From Cyanobacteria bacterium P01_F01_bin.150 (lineage in GTDB: Bacteria; Cyanobacteriota; Cyanobacteriia; CAKZMO01), in assembly GCA_039189765.1 (NCBI GenBank), contig JBCCYL010000030.1:1-64000 (forward strand): a stretch of DNA of 64,000 bases. Reading direction: 5' to 3'. The notes under the pieces are model-generated. The model was not told where the DNA came from and did not search any database. It worked only from the letters and a program-made list of their open reading frames with translations. This document shows, piece after piece, positions 52,517 through 61,267 of the stretch. Numbering within the stretch: position 1 is the first letter of the stretch; every line of letters begins with the position of its first letter. A program made the translations under genes and the position numbers.

Positions 52517-53968
52517 CTAACCCCATGCATTACCACCGTTCAGTTCTAGTAGATCACTAAAGTAATGCCGGTACAGTTCACACCGAAGCTTGACCCGATA
52601 GCCGACCATCTCTACCAGTCCCGTCCCCATCAGGGCATCGGCTTGCTCCGGGGCCAAAACGACGGGTTCCGGAGCGACTAAAACTTGGTGCAGCACCTTT
52701 ATCAACCCCTCCTCTCGCTGTACAGTCACCCAAAGTCCCCGCAAATATTCTCGATAGATGCCCTGATTGGTTGCCGCAGTCTGTAATATTTGGGCCAGAG
52801 AAAACGCCCCAGATTTTAGCCAGTAGAACGCTAGCTGCATTAGGTAAGGATGTCCCCCAACCAATGTTTCAAGAGCACTCAGGGCGGCGGCATCCTGGTG
52901 CTGTATCGCCCCCAACGAGTAGCGATCGCCCAAATCACTAATCTGCTGAGTCGTTAAGCAGGGCAATTCAACCTGCAAACCCACATTAAATGGCGATTGG
53001 TGAGCATGTACAGGTAAGTTTAAATCAGCAACATGGGCCAAAATTAAACGGAGCTTCTGCCACTGGGGCCGCACCTTAGCTTGCTCGTACCAGGAGCGTA
53101 GCATGGAGAAAAAATTTCTAGCAATGGCGGGATGTTCCATTAACGCATGGCAGGTATCAACGGCAATGACCAACGGGGAATTGAGCTGAGCCAGAATATG
53201 GCCCTGAACATAGGTGGTGCAGTTCAGTTTACTCCCCGCATCTTCAAACCAATATTGGTCGATATCCCAGGGCAGACTCAGTTGCTGATTGATGGACCAG
53301 CAAAACCATCGAAAGAATGCATCCAAACTTTCTAGAGATGCCAGATCAACCTGCCGCAGATCAACGATGACCGTTGCATGCCCCATTTGCTGACACTCAC
53401 CCACCAAATGATTAATCAACGATGTTTTGCCCATGCGCCAGGGCGCATTGATGCGCACTAACCCTCCTGGATTCTGAAGCACTGGAACCGCCAACTCTTC
53501 TACCAGTGGCCGTCGAATATAGAAGGGCGATCCATAGGATAACGGAGACCCAGGATATTCGATCGATGGTTCCACTACAGTCAGTGGTATCTCCAGAGGA
53601 GCTACCTTATCCATCACGCTCGCCGGACTTGCAGTCGCAGGCTCTGAGGGAAGTTTCGAGGCGGGTTCTGGAGCAGGTTCTGGGGCAAGTTCTGGGGAAG
53701 CTTGCAGAGTCTGTGATTGTGCTGCAATCTCCATTAGGATATACCGTAGCTTTTTTTTAGACACCGGGTACCCCAAGTTGTCGGACAGCGACTGCCAGAG
53801 GCGAGAGCCTGTATCTTTTACATAGCCCTCCTCATAGCCTAATGACAGAGCCATTTCGCGGTAGCGTTTACCCTCCCAGCTATAGCAAATAACCATCTCC
53901 TCAAGGAAACTAAGCTGGCGTGGGGCCAGTATGTCTCGAATCAATAGAAGGGCTGCTTGATTATCCAT
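52517..53968 (-). CDS. N-terminal HTH + AAA_35 protein
   Basis: SWEGKRYREMA...EGYVKDTGSRLWQSLS HTH-like region; APWRMGKTS; QSPFNVG; GGHPYL; altered Walker B (VIAVDTC). Confidence 0.85.
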   Translation of the reverse strand: MDNQAALLLIRDILAPRQLSFLEEMVICYSWEGKRYREMALSLGYEEGYVKDTGSRLWQSLSDNLGYPVSKKKLRYILMEIAAQSQTLQASPELAPEPAPEPASKLPSEPATASPASVMDKVAPLEIPLTVVEPSIEYPGSPLSYGSPFYIRRPLVEELAVPVLQNPGGLVRINAPWRMGKTSLINHLVGECQQMGHATVIVDLRQVDLASLESLDAFFRWFCWSINQQLSLPWDIDQYWFEDAGSKLNCTTYVQGHILAQLNSPLVIAVDTCHALMEHPAIARNFFSMLRSWYEQAKVRPQWQKLRLILAHVADLNLPVHAHQSPFNVGLQVELPCLTTQQISDLGDRYSLGAIQHQDAAALSALETLVGGHPYLMQLAFYWLKSGAFSLAQILQTAATNQGIYREYLRGLWVTVQREEGLIKVLHQVLVAPEPVVLAPEQADALMGTGLVEMVGYRVKLRCELYRHYFSDLLELNGGNAWG

Positions 53969-54223
53969 CCACTTAACGGCCTATCAACATCATGCACTCG
54001 TAACTTTAATAACTGCATGCAAAAACTTGCCCGTAAACGATATACATGCATCGTCAGGACATATTTTTCCCTTATAGTTTAATGAGTTTAGGCCAGACTA
54101 ACATGACAAATCTGACTTATCTGACTTTTATTCTGATGCATATGGCCAATATCACTTGAAATGCTCTGAATTATTTCACCTGCCGATCTTCTTTTAGAAA
54201 AGCACAGCATCATAAAATGCGGC

Positions 54224-54303
54224 GGGTTTCGTTTTAAGGCGAAACAAAACTAACGGTGGTGTGGGCGCGATGCACCCACACCACCCGAAGAAGGTTGATA
54301 CCT
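54224..54303 (-). mobile_element. 80-bp MITE-like element, copy D
   Basis: Reverse-oriented copy; flanks AATGCGGC/GATGCGGC (7 of 8 match). Confidence 0.8.
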
Positions 54304-54680
54304 GATGCGGCGGCTGAACTCAGGAAACAAGATCAGCAGCAGCAGCTAATAAGCGTGGCGTTGCCTCAACATGGTCATCAAAGTATTAAAGGTCTGTGCT
54401 TGATTGCCCAGGATTTGATCCTGCTGTTTAATGTTGAGCATCAGTTGGAGGGCTGTCTATCTGCTTTTCCTCCATGCCGGATAAATGGTGACGATGAAGT
54501 TAGCAATCGATCCTCACGCGTTACTCTCACTGCTCAAACTATTTCAAATCAGAATCTAGGAATCATAAAAGGCAATACGTAAGTTTGTGGCTCTCATTAG
54601 ATTTTAAGCCTTTTTGAGCACAGCTAACCCGCTAGTGCTTTGTACTCATGATCATAGACAATCTCGCACTCTCATCCAGC

Positions 54681-55844
54681 TTAGTTATAAACCAGTGCCT
54701 CCGACTGAACAGCTCTGCGTTGCCAAAAGGGGTGGTCATTCCAGCGATTCTCCAACCCGTAATAGTAATCACGCCGCTGGAGATAGTCATAGAACATGCG
54801 CTCAAGATCCTGCTCATAAGACTTTAGGAGGCAGTCATCTGACGTTTCCAGATAGTGATGGATAGACCGAGCCAGATTGCAGCCAGAACTGATGGCAAAT
54901 CCAATCCCCATCGAAGAAATGGGATCGAAGCCAACCGCCGCATCTCCCACCAAGGACCAGTTTTCTAACTCGTCGCCCTTCACAATGTGAGAAAAGGCAT
55001 GTCTGATCCAGGGCTTTTCTTGAGCAATCCCCCCAGAGAGTCGTTTTTTAGTGTATTCAGTGGCCGAGAGTAAACGAATCCAATTCTCAGGACGACTAGC
55101 CTTGAGTTGGGTCGCAATATCGACATCCGTAAACAATACGGCTACCATCTGCTGGTTAGGGATAGCCGCCGAGTACCACCACCCCTCTGGAACCGTCTCC
55201 ACCAGAATATCCTGAGTTAACGCTTGATCCGCATCAAAACTCAAGAATGTGCCAACACCGACGAGGCGGTCGTAGCACTTTTGGTCGACTTGTCGCTTTT
55301 TGGTGGTCAGGGACTTGCGGCCCGTTCCATCCACAAAATATCGACAATTCAAGGAAAACTGGCCCCATTCCACATGGTTGAGAATGACCTCCCAACCCCC
55401 ATCTGAGGTGGGCACACACTCTTTACAGCGTGTTCTAGGCAGAACCGTCGCCCCAGCATCTGCTAGGAGCTGCACCAGGCAACTGTCAAAGTGGGTTCGA
55501 TCCAGTTGATAGGTCCTCCCATAGTGACTCAGCAGGGATTCCCGTGCAACCAGATTAGAATTCCCCCAAGCTGCATAGCTACTGTAGACTCCCAAATGAC
55601 ATTCATCAAAACTATCCTCACGCACTCCCAGGTATTCCAGTAACGGCAGCATCGCTCCTGATACGTGTTCTCCTGGGCGAAAGTTGTCAAACGCCGTCGC
55701 TTCCACCACCGCGACACTCAGCTCAGAATAACGGCAGAGTGCCAGGGCCGTGCTTAAACCCGCAGGTCCACCGCCAACAATCACAACATCGTAATCGTAA
55801 ACGGCATCATTATTGTTAGGATTACTCATGATTGCCTGGCTCAT
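54681..55844 (-). CDS. lodB: FAD-dependent LodB-type maturase
   Basis: GGGPAGL, RPGEH, EGWWYSA, GDAAVGFDPISSMGI, FWQRR; overlaps the lodA stop codon. Confidence 0.9.
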   Translation of the reverse strand: MSQAIMSNPNNNDAVYDYDVVIVGGGPAGLSTALALCRYSELSVAVVEATAFDNFRPGEHVSGAMLPLLEYLGVREDSFDECHLGVYSSYAAWGNSNLVARESLLSHYGRTYQLDRTHFDSCLVQLLADAGATVLPRTRCKECVPTSDGGWEVILNHVEWGQFSLNCRYFVDGTGRKSLTTKKRQVDQKCYDRLVGVGTFLSFDADQALTQDILVETVPEGWWYSAAIPNQQMVAVLFTDVDIATQLKASRPENWIRLLSATEYTKKRLSGGIAQEKPWIRHAFSHIVKGDELENWSLVGDAAVGFDPISSMGIGFAISSGCNLARSIHHYLETSDDCLLKSYEQDLERMFYDYLQRRDYYYGLENRWNDHPFWQRRAVQSEALVYN

Positions 55845-58129
55845 CGTCTTGCCCTTGTCCCTGTGCGAGGATGACGCCTTATGGCTTCAGGAGACATTTG
55901 AATCGCCTTGAATGCCCGTTCCTCCAGATACGCGACCAACCTTTGGGCTCGTTCACTTTTTGCGCGAACTGTGCCTGTGTCCTGTTCCATGGAGAATACT
56001 GGAATCGTTGTGTCATTGTCATAGTGGTGTCCTGTAATCGCACCCACTGGAATTTCTTGATAACTGAACAACTCGTGGTTGCGCTCTGTTTCGACCAGAT
56101 AGGGGTAATCCGCATCCGAAGGATTCTGGTTTCTAATAAAGCCTAAAGCGTACCAATGTTCCACCATCTGTACAAAGCTATTAATGCCACGGGCATAGTT
56201 CACCTGTTGGCCTGCTGGCAAGTAGACCGGATCATGAACAGTAATAGTATTAGGATCCTGACCAGCTTCAGGTGGCTTAGGTACAGGCCCACCGTTTAGA
56301 TCAGTGGATGGGACGTAAGTATTAGGAGTTTCCTGACCGTCTATTGCTACAGGTCGATCTCCATGTAATGTAGTTTCTCCTGTCAATACATCCCAAGGAC
56401 TTTGGGGGGGCCACCAGTAGGAATAGTAGGTTGGAGGATCAGGCATACGTATGTTGTTTACCGGGGTAGACTCAGTCGATGAGCCATCATTACTGTATTC
56501 AGTACCTGTGCCTGTACTAACCTTGTTTTGGGTTGGGTCGGTGAAGTTGACGTACTGAATGGTGCATTGGAAGAAATCTGCTTGCCAAGGACAAGCCATG
56601 CGCTTCGTCAGATCACCAGGTTCGCAGCCTCCGCCTGCACATTCATCGCGCATTGGAGTGAGACCAGTGGTGTTGTATCCATCTTTTGCTTGGGCATGTT
56701 GAATAACATAGGGAGCTTCGTAAATCGCTGGATTCTGGACAAGCCAAGTGACCTCGATTCCTGGACACATGGGCAGACCAACGCAGTTGCCAACACCGGC
56801 AGTATGCCGTGGATCTACCAACGCATTAGCATCAGTAGGATCATTGGGATCATAGTCAGGATAGCTGTCAAACTTCCCTGCCGCCCACTGCCCTAAGAGG
56901 AAATGCTGCGTTTCATTAAGGGCCAGGAATTTTACGATTGTGTCATTACTTACCGAGTTACTCCCTGAATTGAGAGGCATCATGGGAAAATCATTTTGAA
57001 ACAACTCTTTCTGAGTATTTGTGATTTGCCCTTCACCATTTGGCTGGCGGAAATAGCTGAAATAATTCTGGCGATTGAGATATGCCTCACTTGTTGTAGT
57101 TTCATTGTTATCGGTAAAGTCAAAGTTGTTCGCAAAGAATGCTGACATTGACTGAACATTCGATACCCATTGATAACCCCTAATACGCTGAATGATCGGC
57201 AAAATGTCGCGCTCAAAATGAGCGCGGTAATTGGGATTCCAAGCACTACCGTCGTACATATCGTCTGAGTCCGTTCCGTTCAGCAAACCCAAGTGGCGTA
57301 CGCCAACATCAAACATGGTGTCGCTCAACGTTGAAATGTTGACAATTTCTGGCGCAAAATCTGGAGAACCTACAATAACCCACGCTTTAAGATCTTCAGT
57401 ACGGGGACCACTGTATGTAACGGTACAGTAAACGGGACCATCGGCAATGTCGTCGTGCCACGTATCAGAGCCACCGTAGTTCGTTATGGGCAGATCCCCT
57501 CCAGAATTTCCGAAACCGCCCAACACGATCAAACGCCCATGGGAATCCATGCGTAATGTGCCAAGGGTTGTTACACCAACGCCATAGTCAGGATCAGCGT
57601 TGGGAAACTGTTGAGGATAACCACTTGGAAGACCATCAGTGTTGTTTTCAAGTTCGATAACTTGACCAGGTGTAGAGAGGGTTCTTGGCCCTGGATCTAT
57701 AATGAGCGTCTGCCTATCTGCATCCTCTACTCCTGGATTTCTATACATATCCTCTCTTGAAAGGTCATTGCGGATCGCATAGTCTTCGTAACTATTGTTG
57801 GGATAGAGAAGATTTCCTGCTAATTCGTTGTACTGGTACCAAGCGGCCTTCTTACTGGCTAAGTGAACGGTCCATTCAATAGAAACAATATCAGCCCTAT
57901 CCGTTGTTATTTCACCAATATCGTCAAACAGGCGAAATAATTGACCTTGACGCTTTATACAACCACTGACATCCTTAAAATTAGTAACGGGTGTTGACAA
58001 ATTACCATCCAGAGTAAGCTCTTCATATTCATAGGGCAGTCCGCCGATTTTATCTGGTGCTAAAAAGATTCCATCTGGACTGTTTCCTAGTCGAGCAACA
58101 CCTATGGACGGGTAAATTGAAATTGCCAT
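55841..58129 (-). CDS. lodA: LodA-type CTQ-dependent amino-acid (lysine epsilon) oxidase
   Basis: IYPSIGVARLGNS, WHDDIADGPV, MCPGIEVTW, PGDLTKRMACPWQADFFQC, YWWPPQSPWDV. Confidence 0.92.
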   Translation of the reverse strand: MAISIYPSIGVARLGNSPDGIFLAPDKIGGLPYEYEELTLDGNLSTPVTNFKDVSGCIKRQGQLFRLFDDIGEITTDRADIVSIEWTVHLASKKAAWYQYNELAGNLLYPNNSYEDYAIRNDLSREDMYRNPGVEDADRQTLIIDPGPRTLSTPGQVIELENNTDGLPSGYPQQFPNADPDYGVGVTTLGTLRMDSHGRLIVLGGFGNSGGDLPITNYGGSDTWHDDIADGPVYCTVTYSGPRTEDLKAWVIVGSPDFAPEIVNISTLSDTMFDVGVRHLGLLNGTDSDDMYDGSAWNPNYRAHFERDILPIIQRIRGYQWVSNVQSMSAFFANNFDFTDNNETTTSEAYLNRQNYFSYFRQPNGEGQITNTQKELFQNDFPMMPLNSGSNSVSNDTIVKFLALNETQHFLLGQWAAGKFDSYPDYDPNDPTDANALVDPRHTAGVGNCVGLPMCPGIEVTWLVQNPAIYEAPYVIQHAQAKDGYNTTGLTPMRDECAGGGCEPGDLTKRMACPWQADFFQCTIQYVNFTDPTQNKVSTGTGTEYSNDGSSTESTPVNNIRMPDPPTYYSYWWPPQSPWDVLTGETTLHGDRPVAIDGQETPNTYVPSTDLNGGPVPKPPEAGQDPNTITVHDPVYLPAGQQVNYARGINSFVQMVEHWYALGFIRNQNPSDADYPYLVETERNHELFSYQEIPVGAITGHHYDNDTTIPVFSMEQDTGTVRAKSERAQRLVAYLEERAFKAIQMSPEAIRRHPRTGTRARR

Positions 58130-58414
58130 GGTTTATTTCCTTACAAAAAGTAAACGAACACTCGTTGGACTCATTACAAACTGACTCGCCTCATTTTTTT
58201 AACGCGGCGATCTTCTTGTAATTTGACGATATTATGCTTCACCCTGCATCAATTTAAATACACAGGCAAGGCCAGTAAGACTGCTGAAACTTAATTAGAT
58301 TCAATGGGCAAATTTCAGGTAAAACTTTCTTGGTTGCGTTCAAGAACATAGGGTTTTATCTATCTTAAAAACCCTCAATACTCCCTTTCCATTCTGAGAT
58401 TGTATAGCGCATGT

Positions 58415-58439
58415 GTAGGGTGGGCATTTCCCACCTTAC
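58415..58439 (+). repeat. GTAG-type REP-like hairpin
   Basis: GTAGGGTGGGCATTTCCCACCTTAC. Confidence 0.7.
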
Positions 58440-58996
58440 GTGCAAAGATTTGCGGCTATGCAACCTTGTGCCGAGAAGAAAGTATCCAAAAACACCCAAG
58501 TGAAGTCACTCGGAACTGCCAAGAGAATACTGCTAATTAAAAATCAATGATGCACGTAGTATGGATCTCTGAATCGTGATCTTATTAGGGACTCATTTCC
58601 TAGAAGGATTTATTTTTACCCTGATAAGCCTCACAGCCTTTAACTGAATCAAGGCTGTAAGCATAAATATCCTGCGTCCAGGAAGTAATATACAAGGAAT
58701 TTTGTGAGAAAAGATAAGAGTAAAAAATACTTAATATTTATATTTTGTTTCTTTTTAGTTTGTACGATCGCAATTTTAGATAATTGAAATACAGCAAAAA
58801 AACAGGATAATCGCAGCTATTTTGTATAAAAAATACTTGATATAAAATTGAACACTCAGCTCCTGTTGCTTACTCAGCCCACCTATTTTCTAAATACTAG
58901 ACACCATCAGCGGAATTGAACTCGATATTGCCAATACTGAAAGGTTAGGGTTACGGTTTACACCTGGCTGCAATCAGAAGCAGTTTTATTCATCAA

Positions 58997-60058
58997 TTAG
59001 ATTGGCATTCCCCTAATATCAGGCGCAAACGCCAACCACAACGGATACTGGAGCAGCGACAAGTGCACCTTATCCTCAGAATTATCAATCAAAATCAGTG
59101 GCTGATTCCCTTGCTCAAGCAACCGATCCGCTCGCTGACAAATGGCCTCTGGGGCCTCAAACAGTGCAACTCCCTGCTGCGCCCCAAAATCTGTTCGGGA
59201 AATCCCTAGACAATCCTGAAATCCCCGTCGCCATTCCCCCAGCCGTCCAGGAGAATCGCTCAAAATGAGAATGCGGACGCGATCGCCCTTCATCATCCTC
59301 AGCACCGAAATAATCGCCGAAGCCACCAAAATATTTTGCAACCGCGACCCCATCGTCTTTACCGACCCTCGTCCGCCCTGGTCAAAAAACCATTGGCTGA
59401 CCCGCTTTGCATGAATAGGCTCAAACGTCCGCCGCAACTGCCAGGGCGTGCCGTAATAATCCGGCGAATGACGATACTGGTCTAAAATTTGCCGAATCTG
59501 TTTTTCATCCTGCGCAAATCCTCGGATAGATACATTTAGATCTTGGGTTGGCCCTGGCGCTGATCTTTGAAAATCTTTGGGGCTGGGCGATAGCCCCTGA
59601 ACACCCAGGTCTAAAGGAACCGGAGAGGGAGACGCCACAGGGGGATTGCGAGGAGACTGCACCGGTAGCTGCTCAGCCGCCGTTGCTAAATCCTGTAAAC
59701 TTCCGACCAAATAATCCTTAAATCCCTGGACCCGCACAGCCAGATCTTGAGAAACCCCTGAAAAACTCGATCGCATTTCCGCTTGAATGCGGTCCCGTTG
59801 CTTCTCCAACTTCTCAACTTCTAGCTGTAGCGCCTGCCTGCGCTGAGATAGCTCCATCATCGTTTCATCCACCAGCCGCGACAGGATGACCTTTGAGTCC
59901 TCTGACTGCGTCTGGAGTAGCTGGTCATAACGCTGCTGGAGCTGAGCCACTGCCCGCTGGAGGGTTTGCTCTTGTCGCTGAAGCATGGCTACCCGCTGGG
60001 TCATTTCGTCAACCCTTTGCCCTTGGCGCAACGCTTCATCCCCTGGTTCCATGGTCAT
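58997..60058 (-). CDS. DUF3086 domain protein
   Basis: Coiled coil, RVQGFKDYLVGSLQDL, PWQLRRTFEPIHA, GEWRRGFQDCLGI. Confidence 0.85.
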   Translation of the reverse strand: MTMEPGDEALRQGQRVDEMTQRVAMLQRQEQTLQRAVAQLQQRYDQLLQTQSEDSKVILSRLVDETMMELSQRRQALQLEVEKLEKQRDRIQAEMRSSFSGVSQDLAVRVQGFKDYLVGSLQDLATAAEQLPVQSPRNPPVASPSPVPLDLGVQGLSPSPKDFQRSAPGPTQDLNVSIRGFAQDEKQIRQILDQYRHSPDYYGTPWQLRRTFEPIHAKRVSQWFFDQGGRGSVKTMGSRLQNILVASAIISVLRMMKGDRVRILILSDSPGRLGEWRRGFQDCLGISRTDFGAQQGVALFEAPEAICQRADRLLEQGNQPLILIDNSEDKVHLSLLQYPLWLAFAPDIRGMPI

Positions 60059-60087
60059 TGACTCTCTCCTACTGGGTCATCTCCTGT

Positions 60088-60483
60088 TCACGTCTGAGGC
60101 AAGTTGTGCTTTTCCAAACAACTCTTCAGCATCTTTGAGCTAAACAACATCGGCAAAAAGTGAATACTCTTTACTTCTTTAAAATAGAACAGCACTGGCA
60201 ACGGCCCCAAGAAAATACGCCAATTCTGCCAGTCCTCATAGGGAAAACTGCGAATTAATTCCTGATTCCGATACACTTCTAAATCGCTTGTCGTAAAAAC
60301 CAACCGGATAACAACGGTTTGAATTAATAAAAACACGCCAAATAATCCTACGACAATACTGACCCAAGGTTGAATAAAGCCGATGGATGCCCCCAGAGCA
60401 ATGACGCCCAGAGCAACACCAAAGCTGGGCTTCAGTTCAGTTTTGGTATCAACAACGGATGAAGAGGCAAAAAAATTTGTCAC
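60088..60483 (-). CDS. DUF3119 family protein
   Basis: FPYEDWQNWRIF...LFYFKEVKSIHFLP; adjacent to DUF3086. Confidence 0.85.
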   Translation of the reverse strand: MTNFFASSSVVDTKTELKPSFGVALGVIALGASIGFIQPWVSIVVGLFGVFLLIQTVVIRLVFTTSDLEVYRNQELIRSFPYEDWQNWRIFLGPLPVLFYFKEVKSIHFLPMLFSSKMLKSCLEKHNLPQT

Positions 60484-60566
60484 AGAATCAACTCCTAGGT
60501 GCGAATCTGCGATCAGTATATCGAACGACTAGGCCCAAATCAGGTGTTGAATGACACAGGCGGACC

Positions 60567-61211
60567 TTAAGCCTTGAGCCGTCGCCGATAAGTGACATAG
60601 GTAGACGGTGGCGTAGTGTGCAACTGATGCGCCTGCGCTATGCAGTCAAACTCCTTTAATAAATGTCGATATTCAGGAAAAAAGGCGTCTCCATCGACGT
60701 TATCGTCATGGACCAAGGTGAATTCAAGTCGATGAGCCAATGCTAACGTTTGAGCATAGATAGACGCCCCACCAATGATAAAAATGCGCTTGGGCGACGA
60801 TTGAGACGTTACAGACGTTGCCGCTAACGCCCTGGCAAACGAGAAGGCATCAGGGAGCGATCGCACCAACCTAAAACTAGTATCCGCATGTTCTCCATCC
60901 CGCAAAATACCACTATCATCTCTATCTTCTGCCGCAAAATTTTCACCCCTGCCGTTTCGCGCCAGTGAACGGGAGACGACAAGATTATGCCGATGGGGCA
61001 AGGTTCGTTTGCCTAACCCAAACTCCCAAGTTTTGCGCCCCATAATAATCGGGTGCCCCACAGTCAGTGCCTTAAATCGCTTTAGATCCTCAGGCAAACT
61101 CCACGGCAAGCGACCTTCCACACCGATCACCCTTTTTGTATCGGTTAAAGCTGCGATAATCGTTAGCTCATGATCCGAATCCAACAGAGATGATAAAGGC
61201 GATCGCTTCAT
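60567..61211 (-). CDS. folA: Dihydrofolate reductase
   Basis: LPWSLPEDLKRFK, IMGRKTW, LPHRHNLVVS, IIGGASIY, GDAFFP. Start 61211 or 61235. Confidence 0.93.
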   Translation of the reverse strand: MKRSPLSSLLDSDHELTIIAALTDTKRVIGVEGRLPWSLPEDLKRFKALTVGHPIIMGRKTWEFGLGKRTLPHRHNLVVSRSLARNGRGENFAAEDRDDSGILRDGEHADTSFRLVRSLPDAFSFARALAATSVTSQSSPKRIFIIGGASIYAQTLALAHRLEFTLVHDDNVDGDAFFPEYRHLLKEFDCIAQAHQLHTTPPSTYVTYRRRLKA

Positions 61212-61267
61212 TTCCAAGTTTATAAATTTTGCCAAGCTCTCTTATTTTAAGGTAGATAATCTACTAT

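Noticed and set aside
9472..54303. 80-bp repeats as integron attC sites (CAAC...GTTRA pairing)
   Set aside because: The arms are asymmetric, the copies are dispersed in both orientations, there is no integrase, and the 8-bp flanking duplications fit transposition better.
54256..54582. 108-aa ORF on the + strand
   Set aside because: It starts inside a MITE copy and has no recognisable motifs. The region may be a gene remnant, but I cannot assign it.
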